This document shows, in pieces, positions 1 to 11,288 of a DNA stretch of 64,000 bases (position 1 is its first letter; every line of letters begins with the position of its first letter). The notes beneath the pieces were generated by a model that had not been told where the DNA came from, ran no database searches, and was given only the letters and a program-made list of their open reading frames with translations. The translations under genes and the position numbers were made by a program. Origin of the DNA: a virus (lineage: Duplodnaviria > Caudoviricetes); the IMG/VR virus record IMGVR_UViG_3300010348_000820, positions 4,820 through 68,819 of that record, one strand, 5' to 3'.

Positions 1-485
1 ATTCCGCTCGCACTAATCTGATCCGCCAAGTTAGAAGAAACTAATACCCAATATGTTCCGTCATATCTGAAAGTATACCCTCTGTTCTTCTTTAATTCGC
101 CAACTTCAAAACCGATAAGATTACCATCAATGTCATATCTTTTTAAATATTTTGTTCCTAAACTATTTATATTTAATCCTACTGCACCATCGCTATCAGT
201 GCTTAATGATAAAGATATAAACATATTTGTAGTATAAGCGCTTATATCCGTAGTTGTGGCTTCATAATAATTTGCACTAATATAAGAGCCCCTGACATAA
301 TGCAAACCTAATTGTGCTAAAGATAATAAAGACGCATTGGCACTTCCTACCCAACTATCTATTAAATTCATGTTAGAAGTAGGAGAAACTCCTGCCTGAT
401 CTCCACGATATGTTGCAAATGTAGCACTTGCATCCGTTGTACTATTATAAATTTTTAAAGCTAAATTTGGAGTATTTAAAGGCAT
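1..485 (-). CDS. Tail fibre/virion structural protein, 5' part only (runs off window edge)
   Basis: Not in ORF track. Hand translation from ATG at 485 with RBS AGAAAGGAGG: MPLNTPNLALKIYNSTTDASATFATYRG...ELKKNRGYTFRYDGTYWVLVSS, open to position 1; located after baseplate genes. Confidence 0.6.
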   Translation of the reverse strand, partial: MPLNTPNLALKIYNSTTDASATFATYRGDQAGVSPTSNMNLIDSWVGSANASLLSLAQLGLHYVRGSYISANYYEATTTDISAYTTNMFISLSLSTDSDGAVGLNINSLGTKYLKRYDIDGNLIGFEVGELKKNRGYTFRYDGTYWVLVSSNLADQISASG

Positions 486-498
486 AAATTCCTCCTTT

Positions 499-996
499 CT
501 AAGAAATTGTGTAATCTAAATCTTGCAATGTTTGAGTATCCATAGTTGCTAAAGTCTTACCATCATGTTCCCATAATTGATAAAATTTAGCTAAAAGCGG
601 ATTTGTAGTAAAAGATATTTTAGGAATTTTTATAGATATAGGATCTAATTTGTATATAAGTTTTAGCGTAGCCACTAAAAGCGTTTTAGGTATTACAATA
701 GTATTTGTAATTTTTAATAGTTGTTTCATTGTAAATGTAAAAACAGTTTTCTTTAGTTTTAAAGCTAAAGTAGGTTTTAAAAGAAATTTTATCAATGAAT
801 TACTAATTGTTAATTTAACCTTAGGTATTTTATTTAAAACTGATAAAGCTATAGTAAACGTAGGATATAATACTACCATTCTAAAATATTGTTTAAAATT
901 TATTGTCCAACTTGCCGTCACACTTAAACCAAATATAGTCAATTCAAAACTGTGCTTATTTCTTATATATGAAATAAACGAATGTTGTTGAGTCAT
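499..996 (-). CDS. Hypothetical tail-module protein
   Basis: 165 aa ORF with RBS, co-oriented in tail gene cluster. Confidence 0.5.
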   Translation of the reverse strand: MTQQHSFISYIRNKHSFELTIFGLSVTASWTINFKQYFRMVVLYPTFTIALSVLNKIPKVKLTISNSLIKFLLKPTLALKLKKTVFTFTMKQLLKITNTIVIPKTLLVATLKLIYKLDPISIKIPKISFTTNPLLAKFYQLWEHDGKTLATMDTQTLQDLDYTIS

Positions 997-1005
997 AATA
1001 ACTCC

Positions 1006-1425
1006 TTAAGCATTAGTCATGCTTACAGTAACTGCTCCTATAGCAAACTGTACTGTTGTTGCCGTTTGTACCGTTTTAGGCACCGATAATGCTTCAAAAT
1101 ACCATATATCAGCCGTACCAACAGTTGCGCTTGCAGCTAAAAACACATAAGTTATCGTACCCCATGAGGCAGTGCTTTCTGTAAATGTTATTGCTGCAGC
1201 ATTAGTAAGAGATGCCGCTGAAGCAGTAGCCCAGTTTGTTTTGTTATTAACAATTGCAACACGAGCATATGCTGTGCCTGAAGTTGAAGGTTCTGTTGCG
1301 CCTGTACCGTCATTAGCAATAGTTGTCGTAGATAATCCCATATACATTGTTGATAAATTTGAAAAGGCAGTTGCACCGAATAAATAATCTAATACTTTGT
1401 TTGCTGCTGCTGTAGTAATTGCCAT
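1006..1425 (-). CDS. Tail fibre/baseplate-associated structural protein
   Basis: 139 aa Ala/Thr-rich; motif pattern (YMGLSTT...EPS...YARVAI...ITF...WGTITY) typical of a widespread phage tail protein family; RBS GAAAGGAG. Confidence 0.6.
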   Translation of the reverse strand: MAITTAAANKVLDYLFGATAFSNLSTMYMGLSTTTIANDGTGATEPSTSGTAYARVAIVNNKTNWATASAASLTNAAAITFTESTASWGTITYVFLAASATVGTADIWYFEALSVPKTVQTATTVQFAIGAVTVSMTNA

Positions 1426-1441
1426 ATAATTCTCCTTTCAA

Positions 1442-1804
1442 TTACACTGTGGCGTTTCGCCCTAATATAATAAGAACGCCTTGTGCGGGTCTATATTCTT
1501 CCCCGTCATAATCCAAAACAACTGGTTGATGCGTAAATTTCCCTTGTAAATTTTCTGTGCTGCTTCCACTTATAGTTACCTTAAATTGGTTGATAACAGA
1601 CCCAGTCAACGTTCCGTTAATTGTTAAAGCTGCATACTGAGGATTCCCGTAAGGGCTCATTACCCAATAGCAGGTCGCATTAGATAAATCCAACGGGGCA
1701 CTTGCACTATCATATATATCAAATGTCAATTCTTGAAGCGTACCACCTATAAATTGAAAAGGTTCTAAAGTATACGCCGATAAACACTCAAAAGGATTTG
1801 CCAA
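1442..1804 (-). CDS. BppU-like baseplate upper protein, N-terminal Ig-like domain
   Basis: 120 aa; LTFDIYD...PLDLSNAT pattern typical of BppU-N-like domains; tail context. Confidence 0.5.
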   Translation of the reverse strand: MANPFECLSAYTLEPFQFIGGTLQELTFDIYDSASAPLDLSNATCYWVMSPYGNPQYAALTINGTLTGSVINQFKVTISGSSTENLQGKFTHQPVVLDYDGEEYRPAQGVLIILGRNATV

Positions 1805-1805
1805 T

Positions 1806-2012
1806 TTATCCTCCTTCTTTTGTATCTTTATTTAAATCAATTGACTGATTTTCCTTATTTTTTTGATCTTGTAAATCTTTTATAATTTGCTCTAATCTTG
1901 CAAAAGCGTTTGCTAAAGCGTAAGCATTGCTTGATCCATGCACTGTTATTTGATTTAAAAAATTAAAAGTTTCTTCTAATAATTGTATATTGTTTTCACT
2001 TATATAATACAT
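1806..2012 (-). CDS. Hypothetical protein
   Basis: 68 aa ORF abutting neighbours in tail operon. Confidence 0.45.
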   Translation of the reverse strand: MYYISENNIQLLEETFNFLNQITVHGSSNAYALANAFARLEQIIKDLQDQKNKENQSIDLNKDTKEGG

Positions 2013-2030
2013 AATAAAATTTCCTTTTTA

Positions 2031-4961
2031 TTATACTTGATAACTATTTATCAAAATGCCCTTACTAAATACGAAAGCTCTTGTTGAAGCGCCAGTCGTA
2101 ACTTGATATGTAGCAGTAAGTCCAGCACTAGTCCCAGCATATAAATTGCTATATACATAAAAATTTTGGGCAGAAGAAGTTCCGCTACTTGTAAAATTAG
2201 AATAAACTCTATCTGTAACCTGAAGAGTGCCATCTATATAAGCACTATCATTAATTCTTGTATAACCACCTATGGTAGTTGTTCCAACAACCTCTAAATT
2301 ATTATTTAGTTTAGTATTTCCAGTTAGATTAATACCATTGCCACCATACATAGTTATTATTGCAGAGTCTGCTCGAATTTGAGCACCACCCCCATTAATA
2401 TTAACCCCCGTATTTGCCGTAAGATATATCATATTGGTCACATCTAATTTAATGTTGGCGCCAGTACCGCTTCCATATATAACCCCGCCCATAATTCTAT
2501 CTCCGCTCATCGTGCCATAAGTTAACTTACCAGCATTTAACCCTGAACCAATTTGAGAATCAGCAAGAGTACCTGATATTTTACTCGCAATTAAAGAACT
2601 TATTTGATCACTTGTCAAATATCCATCTATTTTATTAGCATAAATTGTCCCACCAAAAGTTGCACTTGTAGGCGTAATTGTTAATAGCCCAAGCTTAATA
2701 TAGCCATCACTACGGATATAATTACCATGAGTATCTTGCAATCTATCTGAAAGAATAGCCCAACCACCAATTGAGCCAGAAGAGGCAATAATTTGTCCTG
2801 TCATAGTTACATTACCAGAAGGATCTAAATAAAATTGATCAGTCCAAGTACCACCTATATTCTTTTGTATTTTTATACCGTTATTAGGATCTAATAGTAT
2901 CTTGTTATTGCCAGAAGATGTTGCTAATGATAATGTGGCATTAGTCAATGTCGCCCCACTACTATCAAATAAGAATGAGTTGTTTTGGTTAGTCATATAA
3001 AGATTATTACCAATCAACATTTTACCAACTAAAGCATCACCAACTACTCCATAATATTTAGTGCCATTTACATCTACTTCGCCTAATGCTAAACTGGACG
3101 TTTGCCATCCATCTTTGGTAAAACAAATAATACCATTATTCATCCACAATTGTTTGGGATCATATATAGCAGAAGAACTTATCGTGCTTGCACTTATAAG
3201 GTTTCTTACTCTAATACCTGTTTGATCTATAAGAACATTTTGTGTACTACCGCTTACAACATTATTGCGAGCTGTATCTAAACTTGATATTATAAAACTG
3301 CTTACATCATCTTGATAGTTTTTAGTCCAGCTTGACCATTGCTCAGAATTAAAACTTGTTGAAATAGATGAAGTATTATTACTATTTAAAAGATCACTGA
3401 GTTGGAAATTGCTATTATCTATTCTTAACCTGTTTGAAAATGTAAGCGAGAAATCTGACGGGTTATCATAATTCATGGATATTTCTAATAATGCAGGATA
3501 TACCATAGTATGACTGCCAGACGATGATACATAATCGGATTCATAAATATTAGACTCTCCGCCAATGTCAAGCGTAACTATTGTTCCTAATTCCAACTGA
3601 TTAGTAAATGGGAGATATTCTTTTAATGAAGTAAAGTTTACAGCATTTAATGAAAATTCATAGCGTGGTTGTGCTATTTTTTTAAGCACTTTTACTGCTT
3701 GATCATATAATCCTTGTGCCTGATCTTGAATTTCAGAATTTGTCATAATAGATGTTTGTATAAAGTTTTCATTTGTATATGTACTTCCAAACATAAAATT
3801 AGATAATTCTTCTTGAGCTTCCGTTGAAAAATTAGTATCAAAACTTAATGCTGTATTTATATCAGTAAGATCGGAAGTTGTTGTAGTTATTTGAGATTGA
3901 GTCAGTAGTATTGCCGTGTTTTTAGCATCTATTTCTAATTGTTTTGAAGCAAGTTGGCTATTTATATCAGTCAAGTCTAATCCTTGAGATATTCTTGCTA
4001 ATTTGACATTTTCTAATGATTTATACTCGCTTTGAAGATCCGTCAATTCAGATTGCTGAGTCAACAATATTTCATTATAATTTTGTAAAGTCGTAAGTAA
4101 AGAAGCATAATTACTTTGATTAGATTCTATTAGGGCTTCCCAATTATTCAAAGATGTTATTAATGACGCCGACATCCAGTTTGTATTTTCAAAATATGAG
4201 AAGTCATATATATTATCTGTACCTAACGGATTAACTGAATTTATTGAAAGATTCCCACCACCAGTTACAGTCAAACAAGTAACTAATTCATCTGTAATTT
4301 CTTTTACTTCTGTTTCTTTTACTAAATTATCATAAGATATAAATATATCTGAATCAGTTGTTGCATTTTCTATTGTATAAGCTGATATAGTTTTATTCAA
4401 TGTATCAAACTTAAATATGCATTGATATGTTTCAGAAATATCATTTGTTAAGAAAGAATATAACGTAGTATCATCAATATCAAATGTTCGATATAATATA
4501 GCTAATTCTGTATCAACTGTTCCAATTGTCCATCCAGGAATATATCCTATTAATGTATTTAATAACGCTGGAGAGGCAGATGTACCTAATGCATCATAAA
4601 ACTGATATGTACCTTCAAAAGATGTTACTTTTTTATAATTCATTATTGATTCTAAAGATTGGCATTTTACTTCTTTATACTTTTTAATGCCATCCCCATA
4701 CTCATTTATTTCTGTTATAAGAAAGCACATAATCCCATCTATTAGCACTAAACGTTTTGATTGTATCAATGAATAATAAGGAGTTTCAACACCATTAATC
4801 ATATAAGGCGCAATAAATTCAAGAGAAGATAATGCATTAAATCTATAAGTAACTTTTCTATCATATACTGTTCCAAGCACCATAAGTTGATCACCTGATG
4901 GATTGCATAGAATCAAAGTTACATCATCTGCCTGATCATAATAATTAAAATTGACTAACAA
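2031..4961 (-). CDS. Tail spike / tail-associated hub protein (Tal-like)
   Basis: 976 aa immediately downstream of Dit-like gene; N-terminal prophage-tail-like region, central coiled coil, beta-rich Gly/Ser-rich C-terminus. Confidence 0.75.
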   Translation of the reverse strand: MLVNFNYYDQADDVTLILCNPSGDQLMVLGTVYDRKVTYRFNALSSLEFIAPYMINGVETPYYSLIQSKRLVLIDGIMCFLITEINEYGDGIKKYKEVKCQSLESIMNYKKVTSFEGTYQFYDALGTSASPALLNTLIGYIPGWTIGTVDTELAILYRTFDIDDTTLYSFLTNDISETYQCIFKFDTLNKTISAYTIENATTDSDIFISYDNLVKETEVKEITDELVTCLTVTGGGNLSINSVNPLGTDNIYDFSYFENTNWMSASLITSLNNWEALIESNQSNYASLLTTLQNYNEILLTQQSELTDLQSEYKSLENVKLARISQGLDLTDINSQLASKQLEIDAKNTAILLTQSQITTTTSDLTDINTALSFDTNFSTEAQEELSNFMFGSTYTNENFIQTSIMTNSEIQDQAQGLYDQAVKVLKKIAQPRYEFSLNAVNFTSLKEYLPFTNQLELGTIVTLDIGGESNIYESDYVSSSGSHTMVYPALLEISMNYDNPSDFSLTFSNRLRIDNSNFQLSDLLNSNNTSSISTSFNSEQWSSWTKNYQDDVSSFIISSLDTARNNVVSGSTQNVLIDQTGIRVRNLISASTISSSAIYDPKQLWMNNGIICFTKDGWQTSSLALGEVDVNGTKYYGVVGDALVGKMLIGNNLYMTNQNNSFLFDSSGATLTNATLSLATSSGNNKILLDPNNGIKIQKNIGGTWTDQFYLDPSGNVTMTGQIIASSGSIGGWAILSDRLQDTHGNYIRSDGYIKLGLLTITPTSATFGGTIYANKIDGYLTSDQISSLIASKISGTLADSQIGSGLNAGKLTYGTMSGDRIMGGVIYGSGTGANIKLDVTNMIYLTANTGVNINGGGAQIRADSAIITMYGGNGINLTGNTKLNNNLEVVGTTTIGGYTRINDSAYIDGTLQVTDRVYSNFTSSGTSSAQNFYVYSNLYAGTSAGLTATYQVTTGASTRAFVFSKGILINSYQV

Positions 4962-4996
4962 TATCTACCTCCTTTCAAGCAAAATTGAATACATAG

Positions 4997-5794
4997 TTAC
5001 GCTCCAATTTTTCTTGCAAATTGTGTCGTAATCTTTAATGTGCCTATTCCGCTTATTACATGAAGCTGATTCTTCCCGTTAATAAGTCTTAACCAAGATT
5101 TATTGAAATTATTTAGTCGAAGCAAACTCGTGCTTGAAACAATTGTCTTTAAAGAATTATCAACAACTATATTTTCGTTTGGTGATATTCCTGTAAAAGT
5201 AAATGCAGTATCTCCAGTTGTAACATTTGCAATACTAATTCCGTCACCAATAGAGTTTAATGTAAAATCAACTATAGGATATAAATATTCATCGGAATCG
5301 GAATCATTATAAAAATCAAATGTATAATTTTTAATCTGATCACCAGCAAATGTATGAGTAATTGTTTTTGGATACTCCCATCCCCAAGGCGAATCACATC
5401 TAAAATGTAATTTCAAACCTCTGTTTACATTACCAACATAAATACTTTTTGCGCTTGTACATATTGCATTAAAATATACATTGGATATATCGTCTTCGCA
5501 AATTTGTAATTTTTTGAAATTTCCACGACCTAATAGCCATTTTTCTATTTTACCTCTATCAAATCCAGGTATCGGATCAAAACTTGCAACTGAAAGATCA
5601 AATTCTAAAGGCGTATTCATTATGTTCCCATAATGATAGCTTTTAGATCGTCTATATATCCATTCTTCAATCGGCTCCGTAGTGCTTCCAGCATCTGTTT
5701 CCGCTTTATCGGATGTTTCAAAGTCTAATATATATAAGCCATATGTTTCGCTCGGAATTTGGTCGTATAAAAATGTTTTACCGTAGAAACTCAT
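4997..5794 (-). CDS. Distal tail protein (Dit-like)
   Basis: 265 aa directly after tape measure; C-terminal WLRLINGKNQL pattern characteristic of siphophage Dit proteins. Confidence 0.75.
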   Translation of the reverse strand: MSFYGKTFLYDQIPSETYGLYILDFETSDKAETDAGSTTEPIEEWIYRRSKSYHYGNIMNTPLEFDLSVASFDPIPGFDRGKIEKWLLGRGNFKKLQICEDDISNVYFNAICTSAKSIYVGNVNRGLKLHFRCDSPWGWEYPKTITHTFAGDQIKNYTFDFYNDSDSDEYLYPIVDFTLNSIGDGISIANVTTGDTAFTFTGISPNENIVVDNSLKTIVSSTSLLRLNNFNKSWLRLINGKNQLHVISGIGTLKITTQFARKIGA

Positions 5795-5811
5795 AAGCCT
5801 CCTTTACTTAA

Positions 5812-5833
5812 AGGGCTGGTTTTATCCAGCCCT
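5812..5833 (-). terminator. Intrinsic terminator-like hairpin after tape measure gene
   Basis: AGGGCTGG-TTTTAT-CCAGCCCT perfect 8-bp stem, short T run downstream on minus strand. Confidence 0.5.
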
Positions 5834-5836
5834 ACT

Positions 5837-8800
5837 TTATACGCTAAAGGAGCTTGCATTTCGCATTATTCCTTTATTTTTAATAATATTCATTAATGTA
5901 TTAGATACTACATCTTTTATCTCAGGTAATACTGATTTGTCTAAACTTCCTGCAACATTAAAACTTAAATTTATATCTCCTATACTTGTTGATCCAGCAA
6001 GAGTATTCGTAAGATTAGGTAGAGTATTATTTATAAAGTTTTTCATTTGAGATTCTGTAGTTACAACTTCGCCTTTAAGAAGTTTTGCATATTCTTCCGA
6101 TTCTTTTATCTTTGGAAGATTATCCCCTACAACACCGCCATCATGATAAATTCTTATCATACTTGTAGTGCCAGCAGCTTGCCCTGCTTTTAATTTTAAT
6201 GCTGCAATTTGCTTGTCTAATTCAGCCTTTTCACCATAGCTTTTAGTTGCCGTTACAAAGTCATATGTATTATAAGCCGACAATGCTGATTGTATTTTAG
6301 CAGCAGCAGAATCCGCAGCTCTACCAACCCCAGCTAATGCTGTTCCCGCAGTATTAGCATATTCATTCACACTATTACTTGCTATAGCCCACTTATCAAT
6401 TATATCAGAGTCAATACCACTCCCATATAAACGATTCCACGCTATAAGCGATTGATAAAAACTATCTGTTTTAGCTTGCATCAAATCTATAGCTTCGCTT
6501 CGTATAGATCCTTCTTGCTCAAGATATTCTTTTAAAGTATCAATTCTTTCTTGCATTGATTCTTCATAAGCATCATATTCATCATCAAGTGCTTGCTTTT
6601 GAATATCATAACTTCTATCTGCCTGAGTTTCGTTTATATCTTCAGTTGCTTTAGCACGCTCTTCTTCTAATTCTAAGCGTCTTTTCTTAGCTTTTTCGCT
6701 ATTATCAAATTGAAGTTGTAAAAGTTCGTTATCAATGTCAGATAAAATCTTGTTTTTATCAGCAAGATCTTTTTGATAATCTGCTTCTTCTTTTTCTCTA
6801 TCTAACTTTTCTTTTTGAGCATCTATGATCTTTTTGTAATTATCTAATTCTTCTTCTAATGCATCTATTTCATCTTGCTTTCTTTGTTTAAGCATTTTGA
6901 TAGTCATATCAAGAAGATCATTATATGCTTCTAAAGCCTTATTAGTTTCGTTTTGAGCACTACCTACATCACCGATAGATTCAGCTAAAGCATTGTTCCA
7001 ATATGTTTGAGATTGTACTTGAGCAAGCAATGCTTCCGCTATAGATAAATCTGTATTAGCTTGAGTTAATGCAATTCCTTTTGCTTTTAAAACTGCTTCT
7101 TCAGAAGCAATTTTTAGTTTTGCGGCTCTTAACGTAGTATATGCTTCAGCACTAACTGCTTCTCCTAAAGCTTTAGCTATATATATCTCTTGAGACTTAG
7201 CATTTATAATCGCCTTAGTAGCTCCTAAAGCGGCAGAAGCTTTAGCATATTCTGCTTGTGCTGTTGTAGCCGCTTCTTTAGCAGAAGCTACTGCGGATTC
7301 CATTTTAGCAACAAGCAATTCTTTTAAACCATTAACATTTAATTTTATCTGACCATTTTGTATGCTTATTGCTTTTGTATAATTATTAACTCCGTTTATA
7401 GCATCAGCAGGAAATAAATCTTTCAATGAAGATATTTGATCTATACCTAAAACATCACCATCTTTTAAAGAAGATAATAAACTTTCTACTCCGTTTACTG
7501 CCTTTTGCGCAGCATCATAAGTTGCATCCGCAGACTCTTTTAACTTCTCATAAGAAATTTGTGGGACAATTGGCTTTTCTTCTATTTCTTTTTTTGTATC
7601 AGTCCAATATTTCCCTAAAGCTATATTAAAATCGTCAAACGACTGTAACTGTTCTTTAAGTTTACTCTTTTGTTCTTCTGTCAAAATACTCATAGAGTCT
7701 ATGGTATTTTGAAGATATTCAAGATTAGTATCTTTATATTCGTTTATTTGAGATTGATAACTTTCTATTTCTTCTGGAGATAATATGAAAGTTAATGCTT
7801 TCTCTACATCAAAATAATTTTGAGACTCAGATAGTTTATTTTGCCAATAATATGAATCTTCTATTGCTTTATTTAGATCATTTATATTCTTTAGATTATC
7901 TTCATATGCTTTAGCATCAGCCTTAATTGATTTTGCCGCAGATAACTGAGATTCTTCTCGCTTAAGATTTATTCTCTCTTGTAATAGTTTATTATAAGCA
8001 ACATTGCTATCTAAAGAAGATTGATCTATTTGATAATTGCCTAATTCGTCTACTTTCCCTTTTAAATCAGGCAGTAACGTCTTAAGTTCATTTTGTATCT
8101 CGTTTAATCTTTTTTGGCTTTCAGCAGATTTATCTGTACTTTTTGTTAGTTCATCGAACTCTTCTTTTAATGATTTTATTCTATTTTTCTTGCTTTCGAG
8201 TTCTTCTAACTCAGACGAAACCTTAGTCAAATCTTCTGTCGCTTTATCTGCTTTTTTATTTAAATCATAAACATCTTTTATTGCCGTATATAAAGATCCA
8301 ATAACTCCTACAAGAGTTAAAACTCCAGCAATAACCATCGGAATTGCTGAAAGTGCACTTGTAAATATATTGGCAAGACTTGTTTTTAGTTGTCCTGCGT
8401 CTATAGCTGTTTTTAATGTTGTAAAACTTTTACTTATCCCATCAATAGCGGTAGCTATACTTTCTCTTTTTAAGGATATAAAAAGGGAAAGGGTAGTTAG
8501 TATAATAGGAGTAAGTCCTCCCATTTTACTTGTTAAATTTCCAACAGCAGATCCAATATCATAAAACGCTTTGATTGCGCCAGAGTTTATGGTTGCTTGC
8601 CATACGGCTTCCCATGATGCTTTAAATTTGTTCATAGAAGCGTTTACACTATCAAGGAATATTTCGTATCTACTTTTAGCAATACCTGCACTACTCGATG
8701 CTGTTTCTTGAGCTTTTACTACATCATCCCACCCATCTAAAAGTGAAGCAACAATGTTTATCTGCCTCTGCCCAGCAATTGCCGTTAAAATTTGTCCTTG

Positions 8801-10312
8801 TGCTACTGTATTTCCTGCTTCACCTAATTCTTTATATTTTACTGCTACTTCTGATAATACAGTGTCCATATCTCTGAATGTATTTAGCCCATCGCGTAAT
8901 TGTATTCCATTAGCAATAAGAACTTTTTCAACATCATTGATCGCTTCACCTTCGTTATCTATAGCAGCACCCGCTTTCACAGATTCCATTCTGGCAAAAA
9001 TCGTTTTTAAAGCTTGTCCTATAGTATCCCCTGACTGCTGTGTTCTACTTATTAAAACACCTACGTAAGCAGCCAAATTCTGATAGCTAACTCCTGCTTG
9101 TTTAGCCATGCTTGACGCCTTTTGCATACCATTCGCAATGCCCTCAGTGCTGGCAGCTAAACTATTATCCAAACTTACCAATGTATCTACGATCCCAATA
9201 GAATCTTTAGCTGAAACATTATAAGCGTTTATAGTAGCAGTTAATTTACTTGTTGCATCAGCCGAATCAATATTACCAAGTTTAGCGAGCATCGTACTAT
9301 TCTTTAATAGTAGCATTGTATCAGACATTGAACGACCCTGGCGTATCCACTCGGTTGCTCCCTTGGCAACTTCAACCGTGCTACTGCCTAATTCTTGAGC
9401 CATATCATTGAACTCATTAGCCATCCCAGCTAATTCAGATGTCGATTGTCCTGTTACAAGACCAATATTTGTTAATTCAGTATTTAAATCTTTTACATAC
9501 TGAACACCCTCTTTAAAATCTCTTAATATGCCATAAATTGCTCCAGTAGCCAAAGCCCACTGGACAACTTTGCCTATATTTTTTACAAGAGCCGTTGTAA
9601 AATTGTCAGTTTTTTCCCTCGCAGTATTAAAACCTTGCTCTACTTTTACCGTTTCTGTTTTAAGAGAAGTGAAAGCGTTTCTTATATCTTCTGTACTTGC
9701 TTTACCTTGTCTGAAAGCATCTATGAGATTTAGCAGTTTATTTTCTGCAGTAGTCATCTCGTTGCTACCTATAGAAAAAGCGTCTTTATGTTTTACCTTT
9801 ACATCGTCTAATGTAAGTTTATATCCATCAGCTAAATCATTTAACCTTTTTTGCTTTAGAGACGCATCACCTATAGATTTTTCGACACTTTTAGCATTGG
9901 TGATTACTTGCTCACCATTTTCACCAATTTCCACAGTGTATTTATCAATTGTTTTTATACCCTCTGCAACTTTATCTACAGATACGGAATATTTTTGGAT
10001 CTTTGTATCATCAAAAATTTTGCTTACACTTACATTTTCGCCTAATCCAGCGAAACTTGCTCGTATTTTATCAACTTCTGCTGACATTGTAGACATTTTA
10101 TTAGCAGCATCTGTAAAATCAACTCCAGCAGCGATTCTGCCAGACGCTTTCTTTTTAATTTGATCTATTTTATCTATTATTTGACCAGCACCTACTAAAT
10201 TCATATCAAGATTAATTTTCAAACCTTTAGTTTGCCGGTTTATTTCTTCCTGCGTCATTTTTTGTATTACTGCTTTTAGCAATACGCTATAATTATTGCC
10301 CCCCGTAGCCAT
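5837..10312 (-). CDS. Tail tape measure protein (TP901-family core)
   Basis: 1491 aa, mostly helical Ala/Lys/Glu-rich; LNTELTNIGLVTG...STVEVAKGATEWIRQG core; C-terminal YHDGGVVG motif; upstream of Dit. Confidence 0.9.
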   Translation of the reverse strand: MATGGNNYSVLLKAVIQKMTQEEINRQTKGLKINLDMNLVGAGQIIDKIDQIKKKASGRIAAGVDFTDAANKMSTMSAEVDKIRASFAGLGENVSVSKIFDDTKIQKYSVSVDKVAEGIKTIDKYTVEIGENGEQVITNAKSVEKSIGDASLKQKRLNDLADGYKLTLDDVKVKHKDAFSIGSNEMTTAENKLLNLIDAFRQGKASTEDIRNAFTSLKTETVKVEQGFNTAREKTDNFTTALVKNIGKVVQWALATGAIYGILRDFKEGVQYVKDLNTELTNIGLVTGQSTSELAGMANEFNDMAQELGSSTVEVAKGATEWIRQGRSMSDTMLLLKNSTMLAKLGNIDSADATSKLTATINAYNVSAKDSIGIVDTLVSLDNSLAASTEGIANGMQKASSMAKQAGVSYQNLAAYVGVLISRTQQSGDTIGQALKTIFARMESVKAGAAIDNEGEAINDVEKVLIANGIQLRDGLNTFRDMDTVLSEVAVKYKELGEAGNTVAQGQILTAIAGQRQINIVASLLDGWDDVVKAQETASSSAGIAKSRYEIFLDSVNASMNKFKASWEAVWQATINSGAIKAFYDIGSAVGNLTSKMGGLTPIILTTLSLFISLKRESIATAIDGISKSFTTLKTAIDAGQLKTSLANIFTSALSAIPMVIAGVLTLVGVIGSLYTAIKDVYDLNKKADKATEDLTKVSSELEELESKKNRIKSLKEEFDELTKSTDKSAESQKRLNEIQNELKTLLPDLKGKVDELGNYQIDQSSLDSNVAYNKLLQERINLKREESQLSAAKSIKADAKAYEDNLKNINDLNKAIEDSYYWQNKLSESQNYFDVEKALTFILSPEEIESYQSQINEYKDTNLEYLQNTIDSMSILTEEQKSKLKEQLQSFDDFNIALGKYWTDTKKEIEEKPIVPQISYEKLKESADATYDAAQKAVNGVESLLSSLKDGDVLGIDQISSLKDLFPADAINGVNNYTKAISIQNGQIKLNVNGLKELLVAKMESAVASAKEAATTAQAEYAKASAALGATKAIINAKSQEIYIAKALGEAVSAEAYTTLRAAKLKIASEEAVLKAKGIALTQANTDLSIAEALLAQVQSQTYWNNALAESIGDVGSAQNETNKALEAYNDLLDMTIKMLKQRKQDEIDALEEELDNYKKIIDAQKEKLDREKEEADYQKDLADKNKILSDIDNELLQLQFDNSEKAKKRRLELEEERAKATEDINETQADRSYDIQKQALDDEYDAYEESMQERIDTLKEYLEQEGSIRSEAIDLMQAKTDSFYQSLIAWNRLYGSGIDSDIIDKWAIASNSVNEYANTAGTALAGVGRAADSAAAKIQSALSAYNTYDFVTATKSYGEKAELDKQIAALKLKAGQAAGTTSMIRIYHDGGVVGDNLPKIKESEEYAKLLKGEVVTTESQMKNFINNTLPNLTNTLAGSTSIGDINLSFNVAGSLDKSVLPEIKDVVSNTLMNIIKNKGIMRNASSFSV

Positions 10313-10340
10313 AAATATTACCTCCTATTCTTGAGATATA

Positions 10341-10844
10341 TTATCCTTTTACTAGTTGTATTCCTAATTTCCCAAATTCTGATTTTGTATATTTATCAAA
10401 TAATTTCTCTATACCACCTTTGTCAAACATATCAGTAATAAATATATCCCAGTAAGGTTTTCTTGGTTTATCTAAATCAGAATCAGTATTTAATATGTCT
10501 GCAAGTTCTTGTCTTAAGTCACCTGATTCTGGATCACCATGCAAAAGAGTATTTGGATCGTAATCCATAGATTGCCAGTCATAATAAAGTTTAGATATAA
10601 ATTTATTTAATTTCTGATTTATATTACTAAATGTAAAAGCATCTAAAAATTGATAAGTTGGGTATCCTGTTTTATTATAGTAATCGTGGTTAGGAAGCTC
10701 TCCATAAGTATATTCAACAATATAATCTTCTAATACATATAGCATATCTAGTACAACTCTTCTAACAATTTCTCGAATTGTTCCTGAAAAAACTTTCAAT
10801 AATTCTTCATCATTTTTTATCACTAATGTACAGCCTCCTTTCAA
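10341..10844 (-). CDS. Hypothetical protein upstream of tape measure
   Basis: 167 aa ORF; true start probably a few codons downstream of called start. Confidence 0.5.
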   Translation of the reverse strand: MKGGCTLVIKNDEELLKVFSGTIREIVRRVVLDMLYVLEDYIVEYTYGELPNHDYYNKTGYPTYQFLDAFTFSNINQKLNKFISKLYYDWQSMDYDPNTLLHGDPESGDLRQELADILNTDSDLDKPRKPYWDIFITDMFDKGGIEKLFDKYTKSEFGKLGIQLVKG

Positions 10845-10853
10845 TATATAAAC

Positions 10854-11288
10854 TCAATAAATAAATGTTATTTCTGTTCTTGGATCTTCTTTGGAATAAT
10901 TACCTTTTATTGTAAGCGATTCCACATGATTAAAATCATCATCAACCAGAAGTCCAGATACAGTAAACGAATCAAATAAGTTTTTTGGCGTAAAGTTATC
11001 AGCATCATGCCGGTGCTTCGTTCCAAAAAAATATTCAATTATGATCTTGCATTTATCTAATTTTCTATTTTCTAAGTTGTAATATTTGACAACCCACGAT
11101 CCAAATTCTTTCCATGCTTGCTTTTGTGCATTCATTTTGAATCTTGGCATAATCATCCACTCATTCAAACTTGGTGGAATAGGACTATCAATAATTATTT
11201 TCTTTCTTTTAGGATATTTATCAAAATAATATTCATAATATTTCGATAATAATTCTTTATTTATTACAATTTTTATTTCATTTTTCAT
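10854..11288 (-). CDS. rusA: RusA-family Holliday junction resolvase/endonuclease
   Basis: PPSLN motif, RHDADN and DSFTVSGLLVDDDF acidic motifs typical of RusA family. Confidence 0.75.
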   Translation of the reverse strand: MKNEIKIVINKELLSKYYEYYFDKYPKRKKIIIDSPIPPSLNEWMIMPRFKMNAQKQAWKEFGSWVVKYYNLENRKLDKCKIIIEYFFGTKHRHDADNFTPKNLFDSFTVSGLLVDDDFNHVESLTIKGNYSKEDPRTEITFIY